A stretch of DNA of 64,000 nt from Hellea sp. (GCA_020629875.1 JAHDCL010000001.1:11953-75952); one strand, 5' to 3'; shown: positions 1-9,971, numbered from the stretch's first letter. Translations and numbers: made by a program. The notes: a model not told the origin generated them from the letters alone.

Positions 1-798
1 TCGTGCTAGGGTGTCAAAACCGTAATTGATATGGTTCAGTGTTTCATCTGTACCGAGCAGTAAATATCCTAGAGGTTTAACAAGAGACGATAATCCACGC
101 AGCACCCGAACCTGAGCGGGCGAACTATAGTGGGGTAGCGCATTTCGAAAGACCACGATGTCAAACTCACCAAGGGAGTCCAGATTAGACAGTAAATGCG
201 TTTCCTCAAACTTCACGGCTTGGCGAATATGGTCTTTGATGATCCAGTCCTCAGCTTTGCGGTCAAAGTATGTGATTAGATCTCGTATCGGAAGCCCGCG
301 TTGGACATCAAAATGCGTGTAACGGCCAGCTCGCGCGCGGTCTAAGGCAGTTGACGGATAGTCGACGCCAACAATTTCAAATTTTACGTCGGGGAATTTA
401 TCGCTTGCCTTGTCCAGCATCATGGCGATGCAATAAGGTTCTTGCCCGCTAGAACATCCAAAGGATACGATTCGAATTTTGCCTCCTTTTCGGGAGGAAT
501 ATATAGCGGGGATGACGACGTGTTCCAGTTTTTCTAAGCTTGGTCGATCTGTATAAAAATGGGTGTCACGCTCTAGTAAGCTTGAGACGACTTGAACTGC
601 TAAGCGATTCTGACCGGTGTTAAAAAGTTCTTCAACCATGTCGTCCAGAGAGTCGTAACCTTCTTGGCGAGCGAGGGCTGATAGACGTGTTTCGATAAGG
701 AAAGCGTGGTCACTTCCTAAGTTCACACCCGCGAGCTCAAGGGTTAAGCGTTTTAGGGCTTCGTAATATGTCGGATTCAGTGAGAGCGCTCCGCGCAT
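1..798 (-). CDS. cheR: CheR-family methyltransferase, divergent (runs off window end)
   Basis: Hand-translated from ATG at 798 (TAATG overlap with cheY stop): MRGALSLNPTYY...GCSSGQEPY...RYTHFDVQRGLP...FDIVVFRNALPHY...GYLLLGTDETL; absent from ORF track because truncated. Confidence 0.85.
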   Translation of the reverse strand, partial: MRGALSLNPTYYEALKRLTLELAGVNLGSDHAFLIETRLSALARQEGYDSLDDMVEELFNTGQNRLAVQVVSSLLERDTHFYTDRPSLEKLEHVVIPAIYSSRKGGKIRIVSFGCSSGQEPYCIAMMLDKASDKFPDVKFEIVGVDYPSTALDRARAGRYTHFDVQRGLPIRDLITYFDRKAEDWIIKDHIRQAVKFEETHLLSNLDSLGEFDIVVFRNALPHYSSPAQVRVLRGLSSLVKPLGYLLLGTDETLNHINYGFDTLAR

Positions 799-1169
799 TA
801 GATTAAGCCGGCCTGGAAAAATTTAGATTCGATAATATCGGAATCAAAGGGCTTCATCACATATTCATCGGCGCCAGCGTCTAGCGCTTCAGTAATCTTC
901 AGTACATCTCGTTCTGCGGTACAAAATACCACAACCGGTTTATCTCCGGTTGGTTCTTTGCGAAGTTGTTTAAGAAAATCTAATCCGCTCATAATGGGCA
1001 TATTCCAGTCAAGTAGAATGGCATCCGGCATGTCAATGCGGCACCTATCAATAGCGTCCTGACCATTTTCCGCTTCTTCAGTCTCGAACTTCAATTCTTT
1101 GAGAATACGGCTCGCAACGCGGCGGATCATGCGGCTGTCGTCAACAACAAGGCAAGTCTTTGAATTCAT
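798..1169 (-). CDS. cheY: Single-domain response regulator, CheY
   Basis: LVVDDS, LLDWNMP, FCT and KPF receiver motifs; next to cheR. Confidence 0.9.
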   Translation of the reverse strand: MNSKTCLVVDDSRMIRRVASRILKELKFETEEAENGQDAIDRCRIDMPDAILLDWNMPIMSGLDFLKQLRKEPTGDKPVVVFCTAERDVLKITEALDAGADEYVMKPFDSDIIESKFFQAGLI

Positions 1170-2005
1170 GCGCCCATCTCCATGCTCATGTGGATGCTAG
1201 GCTTAGTCGTTGGAGGCGCGGGCGTTGATTTTGGAAACAGCGTAACTGTCTCGCCATCGCATTCGATGGAAATATCCAGGCCAGTTGAGGTGCTTTGAGC
1301 AGAAATATCGATGTGTCCGCCGCGTGAGAGGCCCTTGGCAATTCGCGAATTTGGCGGGGCTATTCGTGTGTTCACTAAATGGGTCACAATGTCTTCAAGC
1401 TGTCCTCGCACTGCGTCCACTTGGCTGTCCGCCATCGTGAGGCCATCAGCGGCATATGACACGCTTACAGATTTTCCCTGCGTGCGCGCTGCACGTAGAG
1501 CGCAATTCGTCACATCAGGCATGAGACTCTCGAAGCTTACTTGCGGTGCGGATGTTTGCGGGGCAATGTTAATTTCTACGCCAGCCAGGCGCTGCAGGGC
1601 AGTGGCCGTATCTCCCGAGAATTTTATCAGCGGAATTAATGTCTCACGCGCCGTCGCATATTGTGACTCCAGAGACTGCTTCTGCGCGGCGATGTTCTGC
1701 TCGGGCAAAATAGGTGCTATTTCATCCAAACCTTCCGCATATTGTGTCACGAGCTTGTAAAGGGCCATGAGACGACCGTCGATTTTAGGTTGGGAAAAGC
1801 CATTTTTATAGCCGTCCAGAGCGGATTGGGCCGCCTGGGAAATCCCCCGTGCGTGCAGGGTGCGGGCATCTAAGCGAATATCTCTAAGAGTTTTTTGCGC
1901 GAGCTCCAGATTCAGCCGCGCATCTGACAGCAATATATCCATCGATTCAGTCGTGGTATTCACGAAATCTCGGGCTTCTATCAGGTCATCACCAATATCG
2001 GTCAT
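1166..2005 (-). CDS. Degenerate, truncated CheA-like protein
   Basis: C-terminal part follows the CheA P3/P4 pattern (GKSV...HLVN...GHIDISA...IECDG) but lacks the N-box DHG, G2 box and P5; occupies the cheA position between chpT and cheY. Confidence 0.6.
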   Translation of the reverse strand: MTDIGDDLIEARDFVNTTTESMDILLSDARLNLELAQKTLRDIRLDARTLHARGISQAAQSALDGYKNGFSQPKIDGRLMALYKLVTQYAEGLDEIAPILPEQNIAAQKQSLESQYATARETLIPLIKFSGDTATALQRLAGVEINIAPQTSAPQVSFESLMPDVTNCALRAARTQGKSVSVSYAADGLTMADSQVDAVRGQLEDIVTHLVNTRIAPPNSRIAKGLSRGGHIDISAQSTSTGLDISIECDGETVTLFPKSTPAPPTTKPSIHMSMEMGA

Positions 2006-2056
2006 ATGTCTGTTTCGACTCAGTTGTGTTAGGTCGGAACAAATTGCCCAAAAAGA

Positions 2057-2072
2057 GTTAAGAGGCCCTAAA
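2057..2072 (-). promoter_or_regulatory. CtrA-like box (TTTA-GGGCCTC-TTAAC)
   Basis: One mismatch to TTAA-N7-TTAAC, upstream of the cheA-like-cheY-cheR unit. Confidence 0.45.
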
Positions 2073-2106
2073 GTTTTAGGCTAATATTGCGTGAAGTTTG
2101 CCGAGG

Positions 2107-2769
2107 CTAAGTGAGGTCAGGTGTTGGAATGTGCGCTGTGAAATTAACAGTCTCGCCGTCGACCATAGCTGTTACGGAACCTTTTAGCTCCCGCGCAATC
2201 ATGCCCGCGTAAAAAGGCTGAATGGTGCGACCATCAAATCCGTCTTCTGGAGCCTTACCAGCGAGTGTTTTTTCCACATTTACATCAAGTCGCGATTTAG
2301 GCCCCGTGGCGGCAAGGTGAACTGTTGTTGTACCGCCTGCTTCCGTTGCTGCAATATTTATCTCTCCTCCGCGCGGCACTGCTTGAACGGCTAACATGGT
2401 AAGATTGAGTAAGAGTCGCGCTGTATTTTTTTCGATACCCTCCACGCTTTCATTCCAACTAATGTTAGCTTTTCCGCCTTCATACATGTCCGAAATCAGC
2501 GTTTTAAGTTCATCAACACCTATAATGCCTGGGGCCGAACCCCCAGCGCCAAAGGCGAGCCTCAAAAAGCGAAGCTTTGCCCCTGCTTGCTTTGAGGACA
2601 GACGGACTAAGCCCATAGCATCGTCATGCATCTCAGTGTTCGTTTCATCATCCAACACCTCAATTGCTGTTCCCAGTGCGCCAATGGGACTGATGAGGTC
2701 ATGGCAAATACGTGCCGAAAGAAGCGCAGCAAGGCTTGAAGGCGTAAGTTTTGTAACAGTAGCTGACAT
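2107..2769 (-). CDS. chpT: Histidine phosphotransferase ChpT
   Basis: LLSARICHDLISPIGA and LRFLRLAFGAGG signatures. Confidence 0.93.
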   Translation of the reverse strand: MSATVTKLTPSSLAALLSARICHDLISPIGALGTAIEVLDDETNTEMHDDAMGLVRLSSKQAGAKLRFLRLAFGAGGSAPGIIGVDELKTLISDMYEGGKANISWNESVEGIEKNTARLLLNLTMLAVQAVPRGGEINIAATEAGGTTTVHLAATGPKSRLDVNVEKTLAGKAPEDGFDGRTIQPFYAGMIARELKGSVTAMVDGETVNFTAHIPTPDLT

Positions 2770-2841
2770 AGAGGCGGACTCGCGAATAGAGTGATTTGAT
2801 GCAAGCTTAGTGATTTTCGCTTACAGGTATAGAGCTTTGAT

Positions 2842-2871
2842 AAAAAAGCCGCTGAGGAAATCAGCGGCTTT
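2842..2871 (-). terminator. Intrinsic terminator after ydbL-like gene
   Basis: AAGCCGCTGA-5 nt-TCAGCGGCTT stem with T6 on minus strand. Confidence 0.8.
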
Positions 2872-2890
2872 ATAAGGATGCTTTAGGTAG

Positions 2891-3280
2891 CTATTTTGTG
2901 CGCCAAACTCCAGACGAGTCCATAACCTTATCACCAGCTTTAGCTTTCGCTATTTGTTTCTCGCCAAAGACCGCTGCAACGACTTCTACTTGCAAATTTT
3001 CTGCACGTGCTTTTTTAGTGTAAATTGACTTTCGTCCGATATTTATTTCATTCATCGCCGCACGTTCGGCGGAAGACAAACTACCTGCACCGGTTTCAGC
3101 AAGATATCCTGCTACGGTTTCGCCAATCGTACCTTTGTTGATAGCCGCATCAACAATAGACTTAGCTGATTGTGCTTGCGCAGCCGCGCTTGTGGCGCCT
3201 AGTGATGCGATTGCCACGGTCCCGCCAGCTAACAGCGCCACCGCCGAAATGGCTGCAAATATTGTTTTTTTCAATGTCAT
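2891..3280 (-). CDS. YdbL family (DUF1318) periplasmic protein
   Basis: Signal peptide; GTIGETVAGYL and NEINIGRKSIY motifs. Confidence 0.8.
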   Translation of the reverse strand: MTLKKTIFAAISAVALLAGGTVAIASLGATSAAAQAQSAKSIVDAAINKGTIGETVAGYLAETGAGSLSSAERAAMNEINIGRKSIYTKKARAENLQVEVVAAVFGEKQIAKAKAGDKVMDSSGVWRTK

Positions 3281-3290
3281 GTTCTTCTCC

Positions 3291-3479
3291 TTAGAAAAGA
3301 TCTGGGTTGTTCGCGATCAGGTCCTCAACGTCTTTGTCCAACCGGACGCGGACTTCCTGGTCTATTTTGACATTTAGATTAATCACAATCGGCTTATCGG
3401 ACGGCTCAATCTTTACAGTAGGGGAGCACGCGAGGAGTGCGAGCGCGGAAAGACTTGTCGTCAGAACTCTCAATGTCAT
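3291..3479 (-). CDS. YnbE family lipoprotein
   Basis: Lipobox LLAC; PIVINLNVKIDQEVRV...PDLF. Confidence 0.88.
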   Translation of the reverse strand: MTLRVLTTSLSALALLACSPTVKIEPSDKPIVINLNVKIDQEVRVRLDKDVEDLIANNPDLF

Positions 3480-3560
3480 ATCGAAACCTATCAGTTTGAC
3501 CCTGAACCTGCCATTAACAGAGGGTTATATCAAGTTCAGCTTGACTGCTAATAGGTATGC

Positions 3561-3977
3561 CTAGTTAAGCACGCGGCCTTCATGCGGACTATCAAGAACA
3601 AATGCTGGTATATCGACATCATAACTCTCGCCCGTATTGGCGCCTTGAACGGTATAGGTCCCGCGCATCATGCCAGAGGGTGCAGTTAGCGGTGCTCCGC
3701 TTGTATAACGAAAAACTTCGCCGGGTTTTACGACAGGCTTTTCTCCGACCACGCCTTTGCCTCGGACTTCTTGTACTTGTCCGCGAGAATCTGCAATTTG
3801 CCAAAAACGCTCCGTAACAGTGAGGTCTTCTGCGCCTTGATTGTCAATTTCGACGGTGTAAGCCCAGATGAAGCGAGAGTCGGACGGGCTTGATTGCTCT
3901 GCTAAAAATTCAGGTTCAACGCGGACCACTACGTCCTTTGTACGTTGTTCAAATAATGGCTGTGGAAGTTCTGGCAC
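3561..3977 (-). CDS. apaG: ApaG
   Basis: GVVGEKP, YTSG and GMMRG motifs; start reassigned to GTG 3977 with GAGGGG RBS. Confidence 0.9.
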   Translation of the reverse strand: MPELPQPLFEQRTKDVVVRVEPEFLAEQSSPSDSRFIWAYTVEIDNQGAEDLTVTERFWQIADSRGQVQEVRGKGVVGEKPVVKPGEVFRYTSGAPLTAPSGMMRGTYTVQGANTGESYDVDIPAFVLDSPHEGRVLN

Positions 3978-4140
3978 GGTCAACCCCTCATGTCGCTTTC
4001 GATTGATGCCTAAAGCGAAATCTCTCTCTTGAAACTGTCTTGGCCTGTAACGCATCGACTCGCAAGTCCTTAAGCCAGTCTCCACTGAAAAAATACAGTT
4101 CAGACTTGTCTGGCGCGAATGTAATGCTAATCGCTATCCT

Positions 4141-5166
4141 ATGAAGATGGGGATTTTGCCACAGCAAGCTATAGAGACGTTGATTTCAAACGGGCATATC
4201 GTTGCGCCTGCTATGGGGGATGACGGGCATCCCGCTCAATTGCAGCCAGCGTCTCTTGATCTGCGCTTGGGGCAAAAAGCTTATCGGCTTCGTGCGAGTT
4301 TCTTGCCAGGAGAAGGGCGAACAGTGGAGCAGTGTCTTGCTGATGTTTGCATGCATGAGATCGATTTATCCTCTGGCGCAGTTCTGGAAACAGGTTGTGT
4401 CTATCTGGTGCCGTTACAAGAATCACTTAGCTTGCCAGAGGAACTAAGCGCTGCGGCTAACCCTAAAAGCTCCACTGGGCGACTTGATGTATTTACGCGC
4501 GTTATTTGTGACGGCGCGAATAGTTTTGACGCGGTTCATGCGGGTTATAATGGGCCACTTTATGTCGAAATTGCCCCGCGAACATTTTCCGTCCTTGTTC
4601 GCCCCGGTGATCGTCTGGTTCAAATGCGCTTTCGCCGCGGAGCGTTTGAAGAGCTTAACACGCAGACGGTTAGTATAGATCTCGAAGGCTTTGATGCGCA
4701 GGGTGTTGTAGGCTGGCGGGCTCGCCGTCATGCGGGTTTAGTTGATGTCTCTAAGGTAGGCGGTCACGCTGCCCGTGATTATTGGGAACCGCTATATGCT
4801 GAGGGCGGACAGTTAGTATTGGATCCGGATGAGTTTTACATTTTGGCGTCTAAAGAAGCTGTTTCAATTCCGCAGGATCAAGCGGCTGAAATGGCACCGA
4901 TCGCGCCGGAAATTGGTGAATTTCGGGCCCATTACGCCGGATTTTTCGATCCCGGATTTGGGGTGGCAGCGGCAGGGGGAGAAGGCTCTCGCGCAGTTCT
5001 GGAAGTGCGCGGCCGCGATGTTCCTTTTCTGTTAAGGCACGGCCAGCCGGTTGCTAAGCTAGTTTTCGAGGCGATGAGTGAAATTCCTTCATCACTTTAT
5101 GGGGAGAAGGGCTCGCATTACCAAGCACAGAGCTTGAGGTTGTCAAAACACTTTCGGAGTGTATAA
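4141..5166 (+). CDS. dcd: 2'-deoxycytidine 5'-triphosphate deaminase (long alphaproteobacterial type)
   Basis: QPASLDLRLG, ANPKSSTGRLD and HYAGFFDPGFG motifs. Confidence 0.9.
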   Translation: MKMGILPQQAIETLISNGHIVAPAMGDDGHPAQLQPASLDLRLGQKAYRLRASFLPGEGRTVEQCLADVCMHEIDLSSGAVLETGCVYLVPLQESLSLPEELSAAANPKSSTGRLDVFTRVICDGANSFDAVHAGYNGPLYVEIAPRTFSVLVRPGDRLVQMRFRRGAFEELNTQTVSIDLEGFDAQGVVGWRARRHAGLVDVSKVGGHAARDYWEPLYAEGGQLVLDPDEFYILASKEAVSIPQDQAAEMAPIAPEIGEFRAHYAGFFDPGFGVAAAGGEGSRAVLEVRGRDVPFLLRHGQPVAKLVFEAMSEIPSSLYGEKGSHYQAQSLRLSKHFRSV

Positions 5167-5200
5167 AAAAACAATAAAACCAAAAACAATTGGGGGTTTT

Positions 5201-7132
5201 ATGCGCCTTAAATTAGTATGTGCTGCGTTTTCTTTTTTTATTAGTTTGATGCCGCTACAAGCAGCTCTTGCTGCGCCTCCAGCGAAAGCTTTTGGCGAAT
5301 TGCCTGTGGCTTATGATGCCGCTATCTCGCCCGACGGTGAGGAATTAGCCTTTATCGTCAACGTCAAAGGCACATATGGTGTTATCGCGCAGAAGGTAGA
5401 TGGAAGCACTGAAAAGCCATGGTTCTTAACGCTCGGGAAAGATGTTAAACCAGGTCACGTAAAGTGGGTTAATAATAACAGATTTGTCATCTCTGTTGTG
5501 AAATCTGAAAAATTCAGAAGTACACCTTATACAGTAGGTTACCTTTTTACTGGCGACATACGCACTCGGGAAGGCCGCTTGGTTGTGAAGCCAAAGAACA
5601 TGTTTCGTCAGTTCAATAATAGAGTCGTAGATTGGCTGGAGGATGAACCTGAGTATATTTTGATGGCTTATTCTGATGAGGAATGGGACCCATATCCTGA
5701 CATAAAAAAGGTTAATGTAGCTACCGGGCGTGATAGCACCATAAAGCGAGGTCAGACTGGAATCGAGTACTGGTACACTGATGACAATGGTATTCCGCGT
5801 ATAGGAACAGGTCAGAATGAGAGGGGGAAGAAGCGTCGGGTTATTTTTGATACGGAGACTGATAAATGGGACGCCATAGATAAATTTCCAGGACTTGATG
5901 CTGATACTCCAATATTCGGGATGCTAAGAGACGGTACCGAGTTAGTTATTGGGGATTATCGCGGTAAGGACACGCTTGGTCTTTATGTTTATGATCTTGG
6001 CCGGAAACAAATCACTCGCTCTCTCTTTCATGATGATAATTATGACGCATCAGGTGTGGTGTTGAGTAAAGATGGGGAAACCGTTATCGGGGCGAAATAT
6101 ACTGCGGAGAGTGATAGGACAGTCTTGCTAGGCGATAATGGGACCTTGCTGGATCGTTTAAGAGCCAAATATAAGGGCTATGATGTCGATTATGTGGATC
6201 AAACCGCTGATGGGAAGACCGTTTTAGTGAAGATGTCTTCGCCGTATGATCCAGGCGGACTCTATTCTTACAGCACCAATGCAAAAGACCCGACGCTTTT
6301 AGCCAAAATGTATAATGGTTTCACTCAAGCCGATACCGGGGATGTAGCTGCCGTGAAATATACGGCACGGGATGGTCAGAAAATTCCAGCGTTTGTCACT
6401 CTTCCGCCAGGTCAAACCTCTGCTAAAAACCTTCCTTTCATTGTTCTGCCGCATGGCGGTCCATATGCTCGGGACTCTAAACGCTTTGACTACTTGGCCC
6501 AATTTTTTGCCACTAGGGGTTATGGCGTATTACAAATGAACTTCCGAGGGTCGGAGGGTTACGGGAAAGCCTTTGCTGATGCAGGCCGAAACAATTGGAT
6601 TGTGATGCAACAAGACGTGGAAGATGGGACGCGGTGGCTTTACGAAAAGGGTTATGCGGATAAAAGCCGGACGTGTATCGCAGGATGGTCCTATGGCGGC
6701 TACGCCGCCCTCATGGGGGTGTCTACTGATCCTGATCTTTATAGGTGTGCGATAGCTATGGCAGCACTGACGGATATTAATGATGCTAAAAACGATCTCA
6801 AAAAGTATCGAGGAGGCAAGCATGCCGCGAAGGAATTTTTCGGGGAAGCTATGCAGGATAAAGAAGTGCGAAAGGCTAACTCCCCTGTTCACGTCGCAGA
6901 CAATATCCAGGTGCCAGTCTTTCTCGCTCATGGAGATTTAGATGAAAATGTTCAATTTGACCAATTCTTAAGAATGCAAAAAGCGCTAAAAAAAGCGGGT
7001 GTGAAAGCGACTTATATGAAATTCAAAGATGAAGATCATTTTCTTTCCAAGCAAGAAAATCGCGAAAAATTCTTTATTGGCGTTGATAAATTTTTGAGCG
7101 AAGTTAATGGCACCAGTGAGTATATGAAGTAA
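5201..7132 (+). CDS. Exported S9 family peptidase
   Basis: Signal peptide; PHGGP, GWSYGG nucleophile, HGDLD and EDH; start at ATG 5201 after GGGGG. Confidence 0.88.
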   Translation: MRLKLVCAAFSFFISLMPLQAALAAPPAKAFGELPVAYDAAISPDGEELAFIVNVKGTYGVIAQKVDGSTEKPWFLTLGKDVKPGHVKWVNNNRFVISVVKSEKFRSTPYTVGYLFTGDIRTREGRLVVKPKNMFRQFNNRVVDWLEDEPEYILMAYSDEEWDPYPDIKKVNVATGRDSTIKRGQTGIEYWYTDDNGIPRIGTGQNERGKKRRVIFDTETDKWDAIDKFPGLDADTPIFGMLRDGTELVIGDYRGKDTLGLYVYDLGRKQITRSLFHDDNYDASGVVLSKDGETVIGAKYTAESDRTVLLGDNGTLLDRLRAKYKGYDVDYVDQTADGKTVLVKMSSPYDPGGLYSYSTNAKDPTLLAKMYNGFTQADTGDVAAVKYTARDGQKIPAFVTLPPGQTSAKNLPFIVLPHGGPYARDSKRFDYLAQFFATRGYGVLQMNFRGSEGYGKAFADAGRNNWIVMQQDVEDGTRWLYEKGYADKSRTCIAGWSYGGYAALMGVSTDPDLYRCAIAMAALTDINDAKNDLKKYRGGKHAAKEFFGEAMQDKEVRKANSPVHVADNIQVPVFLAHGDLDENVQFDQFLRMQKALKKAGVKATYMKFKDEDHFLSKQENREKFFIGVDKFLSEVNGTSEYMK

Positions 7133-7134
7133 AT

Positions 7135-8076
7135 CTAAGCCGAACAGCTGGCCCCGCCGAGCACGCAAAATTTTGCGCAATGTGGGTGGTTGAGTTTTAC
7201 GGAGCCTAGGCTTTCTTTTAAGGTCTTGCCTGTCTCAAATTGTGGGTCATCCCAGAGGAGGGTGCAGGCGAGAACGCTGGCGCGTTTCTCACCTTTACGG
7301 CGGACAACCATGCGGGAAGTTGCGCACATCATGCTATCTGGATGAATGTCTAAAATGCCCCAACAGGCAATCGTAATTTCAGGCACATCCACGCTTTCAT
7401 CCATTTCAGGGAATAGAATGGTTGCAGCTGGATCATAAGCATTAATGCTCCAGCCTTGTGTCTTGATAAGCTCGGCATAGCCCTGTCTGGCCTTTTCTTC
7501 GCTCTCAGAAAACATAGACCGGCCCGCAATATTGAGCGTGAAGCCATGCCGAGTCAGCCACGCCATGCCTTTGAGCGCAATATCGAAGCTGCCGGATCCG
7601 CGTTCCTGATCATGACCTTTTTGCGTGAAGTGGTCGAGGCTGACTCGCAAGGTCATTTTTCCGGGGAAACGGGCCTGAAGGTCTAACAGGCCTTTTTGAA
7701 CGCGGGGCCGCATCATTGGTTTCATAGCATTTGTGAGAACTAAAAGCTGATGTCCTCGCTCCAGCGCCATTTCAGAGAGGCGTATCATATCAGGATTGAG
7801 ATAGGGCTCACCGCCTGTAAAAGCGATCTCAATCTTTTGGTCGTACATGTCGTCAATTTCGTCCAAATAAGGTGCCATGTCCTCGGGCGTTAAATAGACA
7901 AAGTGATCGGCGGTGGGGCTGCTCTGAATATAACAATTCGCACATTCGATATTGCAAAGAGATCCTGAATTAAACCACAGAGTTTTCAGCTCTTTGAAAT
8001 AAACGGAGGCCCGCTTTTCACCTTTAGCCGTCAGGGTAGGGTTTTGAAATTTTTGGGGGTCAATCGGGGCATTCAT
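7135..8076 (-). CDS. Radical SAM protein with Cys-rich C-terminus
   Basis: CNIECANC, FTGGEP; C-terminus HPHCAKFCVLGGASC. Confidence 0.85.
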   Translation of the reverse strand: MNAPIDPQKFQNPTLTAKGEKRASVYFKELKTLWFNSGSLCNIECANCYIQSSPTADHFVYLTPEDMAPYLDEIDDMYDQKIEIAFTGGEPYLNPDMIRLSEMALERGHQLLVLTNAMKPMMRPRVQKGLLDLQARFPGKMTLRVSLDHFTQKGHDQERGSGSFDIALKGMAWLTRHGFTLNIAGRSMFSESEEKARQGYAELIKTQGWSINAYDPAATILFPEMDESVDVPEITIACWGILDIHPDSMMCATSRMVVRRKGEKRASVLACTLLWDDPQFETGKTLKESLGSVKLNHPHCAKFCVLGGASCSA

Positions 8077-8312
8077 GAAATCGCTCTAACGTGGAAATCG
8101 CTCACTGTCACACACAATTCCGTGAGCCTTCGGGGAGATATGTGTCAGATGGCGCGGAATCGCGGTGAAGCTTTGTGCGAGAGTGCTCAAAACCCACGTA
8201 ATGGGGCTTTCATCTTTCATCCTTCTCAAAGAAGGGGCATCTTTCAGGAAGTTTCAACACGAATAGGAGGCCGCAATGTTTATTGCATATGTATGGTTAG
8301 CCGATTTTATCT

Positions 8313-9389
8313 TCAATCGATAATTCGGTTCACATGACCCATTTTGCGAGCGGGTTTGACCTCCCGTTTGCCGTAAAGATGGATGAAGGTTTTGGGCTCA
8401 CTGGCGAGTTCACTCCAGTTTTCTACGTCCTGCCCAATAAGGTTGGTCATTTCCATCTTATGCGCGGGAGTGGTGTCACCTAAGGGCCATCCCGTGATAG
8501 CCCGGATGTGTAGCTCGAATTGATCAATGCAGCCAGCATCTTGTGTCCAATGACCTGAGTTGTGAACGCGTGGCGCAATCTCGTTCACGAGTAATGCTCC
8601 ATCATGCAGTTCGAAAAACTCGCAGGCCATGACGCCAACATAGTCAAGAGCACTCATGATTTGCACAGCGAGTCCTTGTGCCCGTCCCGTATCCTCTGCG
8701 GCCGGTGCAACGCTGGTATGCAGGATATGGTTTTTATGAACGTTCTCTATGAGCGGGTAGGCGGCGGTTTCGCCGGTTGAACTTCGCGCCGCGATAACAG
8801 AGACTTCGCGTTTAAAAGTAACAAATTGTTCTAGGATGGCTGGAGTGTCTTTCATGGCCTTCCAAGCCTCAGCAATATCGCCTTCTGATTTTATGATGAC
8901 TTGGCCTTTTCCGTCATACCCAAAGCGCCGTGTTTTTAAAACGGCGGGGAGGCCAAGTTTTTTCACCGCTCGCTTCAGTTCGTGGACTGAGTTAACGGGC
9001 TCAAAGAGTGCGACAGGAACTTTGGCCGTATCACGAATAAAAGATTTTTCGGTAAAGCGGTCTTGAGCCACATTCAGCGCTTGAGCGTTGGGAAAAAGTG
9101 GGTTCGCACTTGCGGCGGTTTTTGCTGTCAGGGCTGGAACATTTTCAAACTCATATGTCACGACATCACAGGATTTAGCGAAGCTCAGCACCGCATCGAC
9201 ATTATCATATGATGCATTTGTCTCGAAACGCGACACATGGGATGCCGGCCCGCCCCAAACAGGGTCAAATATGTGACATTCAAACCCAAGACGTGCTGCG
9301 GCGAGACTCAACATTCTGCCCAGTTGTCCTCCGCCTAGAATACCAATAATACTCCCAGGTGAAAGGGGCGCTTGATCCGTTTTGGTCAT
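8313..9389 (-). CDS. purK: N5-CAIR synthetase
   Basis: GGGQLGRM, GYDGKGQ and NEIAPRVHNSGHWT motifs. Confidence 0.96.
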   Translation of the reverse strand: MTKTDQAPLSPGSIIGILGGGQLGRMLSLAAARLGFECHIFDPVWGGPASHVSRFETNASYDNVDAVLSFAKSCDVVTYEFENVPALTAKTAASANPLFPNAQALNVAQDRFTEKSFIRDTAKVPVALFEPVNSVHELKRAVKKLGLPAVLKTRRFGYDGKGQVIIKSEGDIAEAWKAMKDTPAILEQFVTFKREVSVIAARSSTGETAAYPLIENVHKNHILHTSVAPAAEDTGRAQGLAVQIMSALDYVGVMACEFFELHDGALLVNEIAPRVHNSGHWTQDAGCIDQFELHIRAITGWPLGDTTPAHKMEMTNLIGQDVENWSELASEPKTFIHLYGKREVKPARKMGHVNRIID

Positions 9390-9395
9390 GAGTGC

Positions 9396-9878
9396 CTAGC
9401 CTTTAGGGTCGTGGCCAACAGACTCGGTCTGCGCGGCTCGCCAGTCTTCTAATTTTTTAGCAATTGTTGTATCAGATAAGGCAAGAATTGCAGCGGCCAT
9501 TAGGCCAGCATTTTTAGCACCTGCCTTACCGATGGCTAAGGTGCCCACAGGAATGCCGCCTGGCATTTGCGCAATTGAGAGCAAGCTATCCATCCCCGAC
9601 AAGGCTTTAGATTCTACAGGCACGCCTAAAACAGGTAAGCGCGTCATGGAAGCGGCCATACCCGGTAAGTGCGCAGCCCCGCCCGCGCCTGCTATAATCA
9701 CCTTGTAGCCTGCCTCCACGGCTCCCTTAGAAAATGCGACTAATCGGTCGGGTGTTCGGTGAGCAGAAATGACCTGAGCATCATATGATATGCCAAGCTG
9801 ATCTAGAGCATTCGCGGCGTGTTCCATGGTAGGCCAGTCAGAGGTCGATCCCATGATAATTGCGATTGGGGCTGTCAT
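9396..9878 (-). CDS. purE: N5-CAIR mutase
   Basis: MGSTSD, SAHRTP and AGGAAHLPG motifs; start at ATG 9878. Confidence 0.96.
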   Translation of the reverse strand: MTAPIAIIMGSTSDWPTMEHAANALDQLGISYDAQVISAHRTPDRLVAFSKGAVEAGYKVIIAGAGGAAHLPGMAASMTRLPVLGVPVESKALSGMDSLLSIAQMPGGIPVGTLAIGKAGAKNAGLMAAAILALSDTTIAKKLEDWRAAQTESVGHDPKG

Positions 9879-9971
9879 GATAGCTTTCCGAAACCTCCCG
9901 TTAGAAAGCACGCGACAATAGTCAATGTGAGGGCGGGGTCAAATGGAAAAACTGCTCTCATTACCTGCATG

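Noticed and set aside
3978-4085. N-terminal extensions in ORF-track calls for apaG (also purE, ihfB, pdo, DUF2474-like)
   Set aside because: Downstream starts fit family length and RBS or coupling better
7135-8076. Selenocysteine recoding in the radical SAM gene
   Set aside because: No in-frame TGA; the ORF ends at TAG after Cys codons
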